Assembly: GCA_032718475.1 (NCBI GenBank)
Contig: JAUCBJ010007510.1
Location: 1-64,000, forward strand
Reading direction: 5' to 3'
Origin: Nemertoderma westbladi
Lineage: Eukaryota; Animalia; Xenacoelomorpha
DNA length: 64,000 nucleotides
Part shown: positions 27,421-38,381 of the stretch, in pieces
Layout: every line of letters starts with the position of its first letter
How positions within the stretch are numbered: the stretch's first letter is position 1
Position numbers and translations under genes: made by a program
Notes under the pieces: model-generated
What the model was told of the DNA's origin: nothing
Seen by the model: the letters and a program-made list of their open reading frames with translations, nothing else
Databases searched by the model: none

Positions 27421-27981
27421 TGTTAGCGTATTCAATTCCGCTAGCCAGCCCCACAAAGTAGGCTTTAAGCAATATTGGGAACACGAGGTTGATTGCCAAT
27501 ATCAACCTCGTGTCACCCCAATAAACGGGGACAACAGGCCCCAGGGGAACACACACAGCGGGGGTCAGAGGTTATACCTCCGGGAGGGAGAGAGTGACAG
27601 TAGCGGGGGGGGAAGAGAGTAAAGGGTGAGAAGTGAGTTATTAGCCAATGGGGGGGAAGCATCGACTGAGTAGTGCAATGCGGCCAACCGTGCAATATCT
27701 TACCAGTCACCATGTATATTCATTCACTTGTAGTAAGTCAGTTAGTAGGGACAGTACCGGAACTCTAATTACCGTCTCCGTCCGCTGTCAGAAATATATA
27801 TTATCATTACCAGTACACTACATCAAACGTCAACTATTCGTGCTATTACCATTTGTTATATTATATCCTTGAGCCTATATACACCGATCAATCAATAACT
27901 CAGAACTCTTTCACATACACACGGCGGGGACGCGTAGATTAAAAACCGGATAAACCGGGATCCTCCATGGATCCCGTCACA
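27421..27981 (+). repeat. Element 2 5' LTR (561 bp)
   Basis: Reverse-complement homologue of the other LTRs (CACGAGGTTGAT hairpin, CACGGCGGGGACGCGT, GGATCCCGTCACA end). Confidence 0.9.
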
Positions 27982-28098
27982 GTAATTAGATCCAACATCT
28001 GTCCTGAGTGATTAGATCGAGCAGCTGCCCTAGTAATTAGAACCAACACTGCTGCCCGAGACTGTGACTACCAGCCACCAATCTAAAGTAAAGATAAG

Positions 28099-29711
28099 AT
28101 GAGTCAAACAGGAGAGACGACACCGCCGCGGACCCCGGACGGCGATCTAACGATCCGCGAGGCCGCGACGCGACGGTACAGACCCAGGACGCCGGATACG
28201 CCGAGCACCCGTGATCCGACAATCCAAACCGAGGGGGACCGTCCACAACCGGAGAGCGAGTCGGGAGGAGAGAGAGACGAGTCGACACACGACGGCGGTC
28301 GACGTGCTGATGTCGCCGGCCAGCCACAGGCCAAGGGCGACGGACGGCCCACCGGAACGGCGACGGTGGGGCCACCGGTACAACGCCGGACCCGGAGTGA
28401 TAGAGGAGATGTCGGCGACGAGGACGTCGGGGTCAGTGATCGACTTCGACGGGCCTACAACGCAACCCGGAACTACTCAAAGAGACCAAAGGAGGGGCCA
28501 AGATAGACCAGGTGAAGTTGAAAAGGCGACTAGGTGAGTCGAATGAACACTTTAACTATTTGATGCGTTTTGGGCAGAGAGAACTAGCCGAGGAGAGAGC
28601 GAGAGGGGTTGCCAGCGAACTGTTTGGACTATGGGAGTGTAGGGGTATGCAGCCTAGTGTAGTGTACATAGGGCCATACTTAGTCGATGCCCGGGGAATA
28701 AAATTAGTGGGTTGGAGGAGACCGCAGGAGGGCGAATCCGAGGTTAACCCCGAGGATTCGGTCTCGTTGGTCGGAGGAAGTTCCGGGAGGCGGGGGAAAA
28801 TTAGTAGGACGGGAAGGCGGAGGGAATCCGTCACAACCGATAAGTCTGCTACATCCTCCGCAAAAGAAAAACGGGTGATGGCAATAAATCTGGTGTGCCA
28901 ACTCGATCTGGTGGCGCAAGGTCAGAGAGAATTTGAGAGACAGTTAGAGGAAGAGAGTGCGCTATTAGAGAAGGAGAAAGAACTAGTTAGAGAAAATAGA
29001 GAGAAAGCCGAGAAGGTCGCGAGAAGCTTTAGGGAGTGAGTGCGAGGAAATAGGGAGGAAGGAGCAAGAAGAACGTGAGGCGAGAGAGCAGAATGAATGT
29101 AAGGAGCATGTGGCGAGAGAAACAGAGTTAGCGAAACAGAATTTGCAAGAGGATAGAGAGAGAGAGAGAGCGGGGAAGCGTGTGCGGGATGATTTACATG
29201 CCCGCATAAGCGGACTTATTCAGTATCAAACCAAACAGAAGCGCAGGCTGGAACTGGTGCAGAAGGGGTTGTCAGAGTGACGCTGGCTCGAGTACTTTCG
29301 AGGAGCCAAGGGTTGTGGAAACATTTATTAATACCCCACTTACAGGAACCGCACGACAGACCCGAGACTGGTGTGACCGTACGGGCGGGGGGGGGGGGGG
29401 GGGGGGGGGGTAATAATAATACTACAGTAGACGACGTTAATATTAATAGTACCGTATTGGATAATTCTAACCAAACCTTTATTGCAGGAAATATTTTACC
29501 TAGTAGTAGTAATTTAAATTTAAATACAAATAATCCAAATAATTTAAATAATGATCCAAATCCGAACTTACAAAATAATTCAAATAACGTAGTTGCGCAA
29601 AATAATTCAAATAATGTAATCACGCAAAATAATTCAAATAATCTTATTTCGAACGAACAAAATAATTCCGTTTCTAATTTGGGTGCACAAAATAATTTAA
29701 TTGAGTTAGAA
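28099..29711 (+). pseudogene. Element 2 ORF1 N-terminal part (frameshifts and stops)
   Basis: MSQTGETTPPRTPDGDLTIREAATRRY, VYIGPYLVDAR, poly-Gly and Asn-rich segments are spread over several frames. Confidence 0.8.
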
Positions 29712-30249
29712 TGTGACGGGATCCAGGAGGGATCCCGATTTATCCGATGTGGTATTTAGTCCACGCGTCCCCGCCGTGTATAAGAGTGAAATAAAGATAA
29801 CTGAGTTCTGAAGTTCGGTGTATAATAATAGGTTATAGGATATAGATATATTGTGAATTATACGGTAGGCGGGATACGGTAACTAAAGTCCCGTGATCCC
29901 CTAACTAAACTAATTGGCTGTACCCTACGCTAGCACTGCTGCACTGAGATAACTGAATCACTGATTAATAGGTTATTGGTTATATTGCACGGTGGCCTTA
30001 CTGCTACTCAATCGATGCCATTCCCCCCTCTGATTGGTTAATACCCTTGTTGGCGCCCCGTGGAGTATTCCCGTTCACTCCACCTGTTCTCCTTGGGTTA
30101 GGGGTTTGGCCCCTGACCCTCTATTGTGTGCTTCCTTCCCACTCTTATTGGGATGGCACGAGTTGGTTAATTGCCCAATCTCGTGGCTCCCAATATTGCT
30201 TATCGGCTTACAACTTTATGGGGTGTTGGCGGGATTGAATAAGTTAACA
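29712..30249 (-). repeat. Element 3 3' LTR
   Basis: Direct repeat of 40993-41530. Confidence 0.96.
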
Positions 30250-30964
30250 CTCCCCCCCATGCTATCTTCCCGGTAAGAAGATAGCATCAACCAAAAAAAG
30301 TGCGTTACAATCCCGCTGGATCCCGATCTAGTATCGGGTGTGGGGTGGAATTCTTTTCTCTAGGAGCCGGCTTTCCAGGCCGCCCCCTATGGGTATGATA
30401 ACGCTACCCTGTGTGCCTGGCGTCTCATGTCGGGCCGATCGCGCTCACCTCTTCACGCGATTTTTGTTTCCCCAACATTTTCGCCCTATCTCACCTTCAC
30501 CTTCACTCTCACCCTAACTCTCTCATACCCTAGGACCTCCTCGTCCCTCACTCAGCCTCTTATTCTCCCCCCCCACACTAGAATTGCGTTCGCACTCTCT
30601 CCGCACTTCGCACTCTTATTCCGATTCTCAACTCCACTTTGACTGTTTTATCTCTCCTGACGAACCTCCCCCCCTCTCTCGTGCCGTCGCACTCAAGAAG
30701 CGTGAAATTGTCAGTTGTCTCGTCCATAGTGCCATAGTCTGTTGTCCCCCAGTCCCAGTAGCTAATTGAGAAAGGTTGTATGACTATAGTACTTACTCCA
30801 AACGTATGTATTTTACTGCTAATCACTACGTACGTACATACGAATTGCACTTATATGGTTATTTGCATTAATTAAATTTATACTTAATAGTTCGTACGTT
30901 ACATGCGGCGCCTTCCAGGCGCACCACTTCCCAGTCTCAGTCTCATTCCCTCGTCTCCGGGAAC

Positions 30965-33480
30965 TTATCTGTTCCTCCTCACGTCCTCTTCCCTGGCCCG
31001 TTTCTTGGTTATCACCGCTCCTCTGGCATCATCCGCTTTCTGTTTCCGGACCTTCGCTGCCACTTCCTTGCTGATCCCGGTCGTCGGCTCCTTGGGCGCT
31101 GGTGTTATTAAAGCCCGATACCGCTTCGCCGGTGGCCCCTCAGAATGGCCTGGTTGTCTCCCTCGTGTGGCGTCCCATAGGATCATTTTCATTGCCTTTG
31201 GTACGTGTTCCGCCAAGAAATCCCTAAACTCCCTCCGGTTCTCTGGTGTCCACCTGTCCAGGTACCGTTGCGTGTTCATAACTCCGGCGAACGATGCCGC
31301 CGTAGCTACCTCTTGATAGGTAAACGGTAACCTTCGCTTTATGATTTCCATGTGGGTCTCCTGGTTTATGAGGAAGAAACCCCACTTGAACTCTTGGGCC
31401 TTCATGCGCTGGCGCGTCATGGCCCCGACGTCGGCCCACTCCTCGAACCTCGTGAACTTCTCCTCGTCGCTCATCCAGTCGCACTCGCGTCCGTAGTGCC
31501 CCCGAAAGTGGCACTTTGGACATCGGTTATGCAACCGTGGACACGCCCCCATCCTGTGACTTGGTTCTCTACAGTAGAGACAAAAGGTTCCCCGTTGGAA
31601 CCGGTATAGGCAGCTGCTTTCCTGATGGGTCTGTCTCCCACAGTAGTCGCAGCCGAGTACCAATGTCTCCCGTCCCACCTCGTCCTTCGTCCCAAGCGAT
31701 CTCCGCGGTCTATGGAGTCGCTGGTAGGCAAACTTCTCCACGTTGCTCTCCCTGTTTACGTCGATCTCTCCGCCCCTCTCGGGCATCGTCTCCCCGAATA
31801 CTATCCGTGGTGCCGTCCCCGGTTGCTCGCCCAACCTGATGGTGCTCCCCGCGAAATCCATCGCCGGCCCCTCGTGCACCCAGGTCCGCTTGCCGGATCT
31901 GTTCCAGAAGGCCCTCGCCCCACTGGCCGTCACCACCCTTCCGCCAACCCAGTCCGTGTCCGAGTGGCCTATCCTTTCGATGGGCGGCATCTCTCCGAAC
32001 TCGTCGTCGTCGTCCTCCTCTTCTGGTAGTGTCTCCAATCCCGGTATCCCGATGGATCCACTATGTCCCTTCCCGCCTTGGCTCTCGCCCGTAGCTCTCC
32101 ATCCCTCTAGCTCCCTTAACTTCCTTGGCGGTTGGTCGCCCTCGGCGCCCGCTGGTATGGGCATCGTTTGCAACCCCGACGTCGACTGTTTCGGCGATCC
32201 CACCGTCCATCCCAATTCTCGTCCTAGAGACTCCCCCGAACTCCCTGACGAAGTCCAATGAAGCTCGTCTAGGCCCGCCTGTTCCTCGAAGCCATAACTC
32301 TGTGTCCTGGCCTCCTCTTCCCTCTCCTCTGCCTCTATCCTCTCCCGTCTAGCGACTTCTTCCAGTCGCTTTGCTTCCCGTCTATCCATCTCTAGCTGCT
32401 CCCATCTCTGATACGGTGTATCTGTCTCCCCATCTACCAGATGTCGGCTGTTGTAGTACACCGACTCGCCCTTCAGCCCCGGGTGGTCTACCAGACCGTC
32501 AAAGGCCGTCTTAAAGGCTCTCCTGTAGCTTAGGGGTGATCCCGATAACAGAAATGCCCCTGGTTCCCTTTCGATAACTACGGTCATGAATAAGTTAAGC
32601 AAACTTATCATCATCCAGTCCTCCTGCAGGATATATCGCTTCTGATATACCTTTATCGCTCCTCTGCGAAACTGATATACCTCCTGCTTTCCCGGTCTCG
32701 CTCCCCACTTCAGCGAGTTCGCTAGTTCTGCTCCGTATTCTTCCCTAAACTTCCCCCAATCCATTGGTTTGTGGCATACGAGCCCCAATAATTGGCCCAT
32801 CGCCACCGCCCCGCATTGGCCTGAGTTCTCGACCACCCCCAATCCATCCGGTGCCGTCATAGCCATAAAGACTTTCTGCATATCCAGGAGGTTGGTGGCG
32901 TCCGGACCGATGATCCTCTCCGCGTCCTCGCGAATCGCCGATCCCACTTTCGTCGTCGACTTCTCTCTTACTAAGACTTGTACCGCTTTCGGCAGTCGGT
33001 CTAATTTCGGCCCGTCCTTCTTCCCATACGTCCCTAGGTCGAATAAGAAGAGTTACTGTGGAGTATGGTCCTGGCCGACCCTGCCGTTCCTCGTCTTGAA
33101 CCCGCTTCGTCCTCCACGGTTCCCTCGTCATCTAGGATCATATATCCTCCTCTGTTGACGGACTCTATGAATCTTTTCCAGTCCTTCCTCGGCGATTCCC
33201 TCGGATACTTCGGAATCCCGAACTTCGCTTCGTCCCCTTTCACCACGTAGTGGAAGTGTTGGAAGATCGCGTTGTCCAGCGACGGCGTCCCGTAGGTCCC
33301 GACCAACCGCTGTTCGTGCGCCTCCCGGAAGTGATCCTGCAGCGCTCGTGCCGCGTGACCCCTTTCCAACCTCTCGTAGTATCCTCTCGTCTTTTCCTCC
33401 GGGTGTCTTTCGGTGAAATCCACCAATATTTCTTTTCCTCCTGACTCCGCCTTTCTCTTCCTGATCAGCTTACTCGCCAT
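30965..33480 (-). CDS. Element 3 ORF2: putative DEDDy 3'-5' exonuclease (WRN/EXD/Mut-7-like) plus three CCHC zinc knuckles; ~845 codons if repaired, with one frameshift near 33050
   Basis: ExoI-like ILDDEG; LP..VQ.LV.EK.TTKVGSAIREDA.RI, which resembles the WRN-exo KVG..I..D..L motif; LLD; ExoIII-like Q..YILQED. Knuckles CDYCGRQTHQESSC, CLYCREPSHRMGAC and CPKCHFRGHYGREC. A second diverged copy lies at 45293-47716. Confidence 0.7.
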
Positions 33481-33989
33481 TCCGAACACTACACTCGCTC
33501 ACCTGCAGGGTGGTGCCTTACCAAGGCGCAATACAGATGAGTGATGTATTAAGATGTTTCGTACAGTTCGATAATGGCCTACTTTTCTACTTAACTGCGC
33601 CTTTCAAGCTTAATTTAATCTAATTAATTTCGGAGCTAGTAAATCAGCCTAATTTACAATTTCCGTCCGTTACTTTTATTATGTTCTAGAACGACTTTCC
33701 TTGTGTTACCACTATTTTCCGATTTTTAGCCCTATTCTATTTATTTATTTATTTTGCTTTGATTCTACTGTCTTACTACTTACTACTGCCTATGGATTTT
33801 ATTCTATTCTCTCTCTGATCCATATTCTGGCCTACTCTGTGGGCCTATGCAGTACAGCAGTATGCGTCGTGTGGCCACACGATTTATCCAGCTGCACTCA
33901 TATGCCCCCCTCTCGCTACTAACTCTACTTACTGCTAACTAATATCTATATCCTATTTACCCCTTTTACCTCTTACTCTCTCTCTCTAA

Positions 33990-34610
33990 CTAATGGTACT
34001 ACGTACCCTCTAACTCTAACTCTAACTAGGTACTACGTACCTACTAACTCTCTAACTATCGGTACTACGTACCCTCTAACTCTAACTCTAACTAGGTACT
34101 ACGTACCTACTAACTCTCTAACTATCGGTACTACGTACCCTCTAACTCTAACTCTAACTAGGTACCACGTACCTACTAACTCTAACTATCGGTACTACGT
34201 ACCCTCTAACTCTCCAACTATCGGTACTACGTACCCTCTAACTCTAACTCTAACTAGGTGCTACGTACCTACTAACTCTCTAACTATCGGTACTACCTAC
34301 CCTCTAACTCTAACTCTAACTAGGTATTACCTACCTACTAACTCTAACTATCGGTACTACGTACCCTCTAACTCTCCAACTATCGGTACTACGTACCCTC
34401 TAACTCTAACTAACTATTGGTACTACGTACCCTCTAACTCTCTAGCTCTAGGTACTACGTACCTACTAACTCTAACTAACTATTGGTACTACGTACCCTC
34501 TAACTCTCTAGCTCTAGGTACTACGTACCTACTAACTAACTAACTTTAGGTACTACGTACCTACTAACTAACTAACTAACTCTAGGTACTACGTACCTAC
34601 TAACTAACTA
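33990..34610. repeat. Array of GGTAC-TAC-GTACC mini-hairpins with CTAACT spacers, between ORF1 and ORF2 of element 3
   Basis: Roughly 20 copies are directly visible. Similar arrays lie at 49540-49890 and 54680-55280. Confidence 0.9.
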
Positions 34611-34769
34611 ACTATTATTTTTATTTTATTTTATTTTTATTTGTGTGGGAAGGGCGTCTCGCCCTCAATCCCACCCCCCTCAGTCCAAAACTTGGACGAC
34701 TAAACTCCACTCTAACTCCGCTCTAAGGTGCTCCTTCTAAGAGACAGGTAACACCTCTGCCCGCACCTT

Positions 34770-37700
34770 TTACGGATCTAACTCTTCCATCCCAGTCCAA
34801 CCTGTTGGACAACTCAGCGACCCAAGGGGTGATTCCTCCAGCAGGCAACTCTCCCACTGCCCCCCTATAGGTTCTCTAATTCTTCGCTCCACTCTCCTTG
34901 TCAATTCGATAGGTGGTCTTTTCTCCTGTTTTGGCAAATGCTGTCTCCTATTTATGTTTCTGATCTCGTGGTCGTCCCTTGGCGGCAAAGTGCCACCCTT
35001 CAACGTGTCACCCGGCGGTATAATGCCGCCCCTGTTCTTCTCCTTAATTTTAGATGCCACCTCTGTTGGCCTCCCCCTTAATATGTGTGCTGGCATTAAA
35101 GGCTTCAACGACCCCCGTTCGTCCTTCGGTATACACGATGTCTGCCCATGTAATGCCCCCTCGCACTCTGTCGGTTCCGCGTGCATACGCAGCACGCCTC
35201 CTACTCTCCCGCCTCCTTTGTCCACCATATGTTTATTCATGGGCTTCTCTGCCCCTGGTCTGATCGTCTCACATCTTCTCCCTTTCCCTCTTGTATTCTT
35301 ACTCGGCTTCCCCCTTGTCGGTATGCCTCTCAACCGGACCGGCGTCTCTTCCGGACGCTCCTCTGGACACTCCACCGGACACTTCTCCGGTTTGTCCTCC
35401 CGACACTCCACCGTCCGCTCCTCTCCATCTCCATACCGATACTTGCTGGGACCCTTATTCCAACCCATCGCCTCTAGGTCTTCCGCATCCATACCATTCT
35501 CCTCCGCCCACTCTCTTGGTGTTGCTTCTACTTCTAGCTGTCTACCACTATTGCCCATCTCTGGCCTCTCCTCTATTTCGTCAGTTCCTGGCATCATGCA
35601 TCCTGAGCTCTCGGACACATGGAATGGTATATTACTCTTAATTGGGCCTGTCAGTGTCCACCCGAATGGTGTTAATATTGCCACCGGGTCACTCTGCTTG
35701 TCTTCGCCGAAGACCGTTTGCATTCTCTCGTGGGCTGTTGGGCAGTCCATGCCTACTATGATGGATACCTTCCTAACGTCCACGTCTGGGATTGAGAAGT
35801 CAATGTTGTCCAGGAATTTGTATTGCTCGACCTCGATGTTGGTTGGCCGCCTGGCATTGATGTTAATTGACTCTATTACTTGGATGGGGTCGATGGTTGC
35901 CCCATAATCGCATCCTGGTGCCACTGCTGCAATTGCGCACCGTCCTGTCCTCATCTCTAGGATCTCGTCTTTGCTAGAGATGGTTGTCACCGCCATCCTG
36001 CTTGGCCTCGTTCTCAACCCTATTTCTTCGGCTACCCATTCCTCAACTAATGTGAAGGCAGCTCCACTATCAACCAGCATTAGTGTTGTTACTGATCGAT
36101 TGCCTTCCCCGATCACTCGTACTGGTACTACTCCAAGTAGCACTGTTCCTCTCTTCTTCGCCCCTACTGTGCTCGTTGCCATCGTCTGGCCTCTCCTTTG
36201 GCCAAACTTGACCGGCTTCTCTAGGCATTCCCTGGCCTTGTGTCCACTCTTCACACATCGCGAGCAGATTTTATTGCTCGACGCGTAATCTATCTGGTCT
36301 TGCCTCGGTAGCGCCTGCCAGTACCTGCAATTCATAGTTTTATGAAGCGCATTTGCGTGTAGCTGGCATTTGCTCTTTGGGTCGTAGCCCTCTTTATACA
36401 ATGCATTGCGTATCGCAGTTATATTCGTACCAAAGTCCCTACTATTCTTATTGACTGGATTTGGCCTACTGGACGTACTGGGGTTATGTTTATTCATGTC
36501 GTTATTGTTCCCCTGTCCGTTCCATGATGTTGTCTTATCTTCGTTTGCCTGTGGACTTGCAGTCCCCTGCGTCGCTGCGTATGGCAATGATTGTCTGAGC
36601 CTCGGCAATGCGTTTGATGTATTGTGCTCTGGTTTGGGCCTGTAGTGATCTGTCTTTGGTCCCTTTCCCAGGCTATCTTCACTATAGACTGGGTCCGTTA
36701 TTAGTTCAGCCTCGTAATTTAAGAAGTTTGACATTTCTTCTAAACCTGGTTCCGCACCCTTCTTGTCTCGGGTGGAGAAAGCGATCTTCCTCCATTTGTT
36801 GCGCAGCCAGCTCGGTAGTGCCTGCGCTATCGTGGTGATGTTATTGGACGCGTTGAGCTCGTATGGCGCATCTAGCGTCTTCAGCACGATCAGCGCCTTC
36901 TCGACTTTGTTAGCAAACATCTTAATGCTAACGGGATTATCCTGTAGGCCACCCGATGTTATGCCTCTCAGCGTTTGCCTGATGATCTTGGCCGGGTGCC
37001 CGTATTCCCTATCCAGTGCCCGCCATGCTGTCGTGAAGCCGCCCTCTATTCCCTGATATTGCCTCACGATGTCGTATGCTGGGCCTCCCGTGTATACTTG
37101 TAGATACTTTAGGCACTCCGCCTGCGTCAAGTTTTTTGTTAGTATATCGTTACTATACATTCGCCGAAACTGTAAGTATTCTTCCGGCCTGCTCCCATCG
37201 AATTTGAACGGTTCCACGGGTGGTAATTCGATCCTCGTTTTCAACGCATCGATCAACGTGGCCATCCCCATTGCCTGCGCTTCTAATGGATTCGACGGGT
37301 GCTGTATAGTTTCCCCTGTCTGGTGCGGTTCGTCCGTCCTATTTCTTGATCTTCTCTGACTCGGATATGTCATCGGGGGTAGCGGCCCCCTCCATATGTC
37401 TGTATCACACGACCTGTTTTCATCTAGGGGTCTCGTTGTTCTTGTTCCTGTCGGGGTATATTGTTGATATTGTGATGGGGGAATGTCACCCTGTACCCCC
37501 CCCACCGGTATGTCTGGTACTGGGGTTGATGTTAATATGTTGGGGCCCATACACCTATCCGCAATAATTCCCCCTTCCCCTGGGTATATGTTATGTCCCT
37601 GCATGCTGTAGTCATACTGCTGTGCTGGTACCGGTATAGGCCTATCAGCTTCTGGCCTACCCGCCGGTATGTATTCCGCGACTTCCGGGTTTAATTCCGT

Positions 37701-38255
37701 CGTTCGCGCTATCCTATCGCCTATATATCCTCTCTCAGTATGGCCTATGGTATGTGCAGTAAGACCTACAGTATGCCCTACAGTCTGCATGTGTTGCTCG
37801 GGATCGAAGTTTATTCTTCTCGAATAATCCTCCCCGCGGCTACCGTATTCTCGATCGGTAGGTATATTCCGTCGGAAAGTTTCTCTTCGACCCCCCTCCC
37901 CACTGTTTTCATCTTCGTACCGGTACATCGCGTACCCCTTTCTCGGCGTGTAATGCGTCTCACCGGATCGCATCCCTCCGGGGCGACGGCAATCTCCCGG
38001 AGTCCGACCCCACTGACTCTCCGTTCTCATCTCGACTATCGACGGCTCGCTGTCCGTCCTCGCTCTTCTATCTTTTGCGGCGATACTTCTACTACTCTCT
38101 TCCTCTCTTCTCCTATCAGTGGAATATTCCCGCTCACGAGATCTCTCGTCGACCTCCCGGTTAAACCCCACTGTTCTTCTTTCCTCCTCTGATCGGGCTC
38201 GACGCTCCGTCTGCCCTCCCGCGACGTCAACCTGTCTTTCTCTGCTCGATCGCAC
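34770..38255 (-). CDS. gag: Element 3 ORF1 main part: Gag, zinc knuckles, aspartic protease and a low-complexity C-terminal tail; no RT
   Basis: 1161-aa open frame containing the BEL Gag motifs, CQLHANALHKTMNC, CSRCVKSGHKAREC and LVDSGA. It ends without any RT motif. Confidence 0.9.
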   Translation of the reverse strand: MRSSRERQVDVAGGQTERRARSEEERRTVGFNREVDERSREREYSTDRRREEESSRSIAAKDRRARTDSEPSIVEMRTESQWGRTPGDCRRPGGMRSGETHYTPRKGYAMYRYEDENSGEGGRRETFRRNIPTDREYGSRGEDYSRRINFDPEQHMQTVGHTVGLTAHTIGHTERGYIGDRIARTTELNPEVAEYIPAGRPEADRPIPVPAQQYDYSMQGHNIYPGEGGIIADRCMGPNILTSTPVPDIPVGGVQGDIPPSQYQQYTPTGTRTTRPLDENRSCDTDIWRGPLPPMTYPSQRRSRNRTDEPHQTGETIQHPSNPLEAQAMGMATLIDALKTRIELPPVEPFKFDGSRPEEYLQFRRMYSNDILTKNLTQAECLKYLQVYTGGPAYDIVRQYQGIEGGFTTAWRALDREYGHPAKIIRQTLRGITSGGLQDNPVSIKMFANKVEKALIVLKTLDAPYELNASNNITTIAQALPSWLRNKWRKIAFSTRDKKGAEPGLEEMSNFLNYEAELITDPVYSEDSLGKGPKTDHYRPKPEHNTSNALPRLRQSLPYAATQGTASPQANEDKTTSWNGQGNNNDMNKHNPSTSSRPNPVNKNSRDFGTNITAIRNALYKEGYDPKSKCQLHANALHKTMNCRYWQALPRQDQIDYASSNKICSRCVKSGHKARECLEKPVKFGQRRGQTMATSTVGAKKRGTVLLGVVPVRVIGEGNRSVTTLMLVDSGAAFTLVEEWVAEEIGLRTRPSRMAVTTISSKDEILEMRTGRCAIAAVAPGCDYGATIDPIQVIESININARRPTNIEVEQYKFLDNIDFSIPDVDVRKVSIIVGMDCPTAHERMQTVFGEDKQSDPVAILTPFGWTLTGPIKSNIPFHVSESSGCMMPGTDEIEERPEMGNSGRQLEVEATPREWAEENGMDAEDLEAMGWNKGPSKYRYGDGEERTVECREDKPEKCPVECPEERPEETPVRLRGIPTRGKPSKNTRGKGRRCETIRPGAEKPMNKHMVDKGGGRVGGVLRMHAEPTECEGALHGQTSCIPKDERGSLKPLMPAHILRGRPTEVASKIKEKNRGGIIPPGDTLKGGTLPPRDDHEIRNINRRQHLPKQEKRPPIELTRRVERRIREPIGGQWESCLLEESPLGSLSCPTGWTGMEELDP

Positions 38256-38381
38256 GTCGCTGGGGATACTCGCAATCCCCCTATTACTTTCCGTCGCCGG
38301 TTGTTGCGGTTTACCTTGTTCGGCCCTCGCATTGTCCGCTGACGGCTGTGGGACACTCTCTGCCCCCCCCCCCTCTCGCCG

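Noticed and set aside
30965-33480. ORF2 as env or as a second gag
   Set aside because: No signal peptide or transmembrane segment is present, and no capsid motifs; the N-terminal motifs fit a DEDD exonuclease better.
33990-34610. CTAAC/CTAACT repeats as telomeric repeats
   Set aside because: They are irregular, interleaved with hairpin units and internal to the elements; they are not clean TTAGG or TTAGGG arrays.
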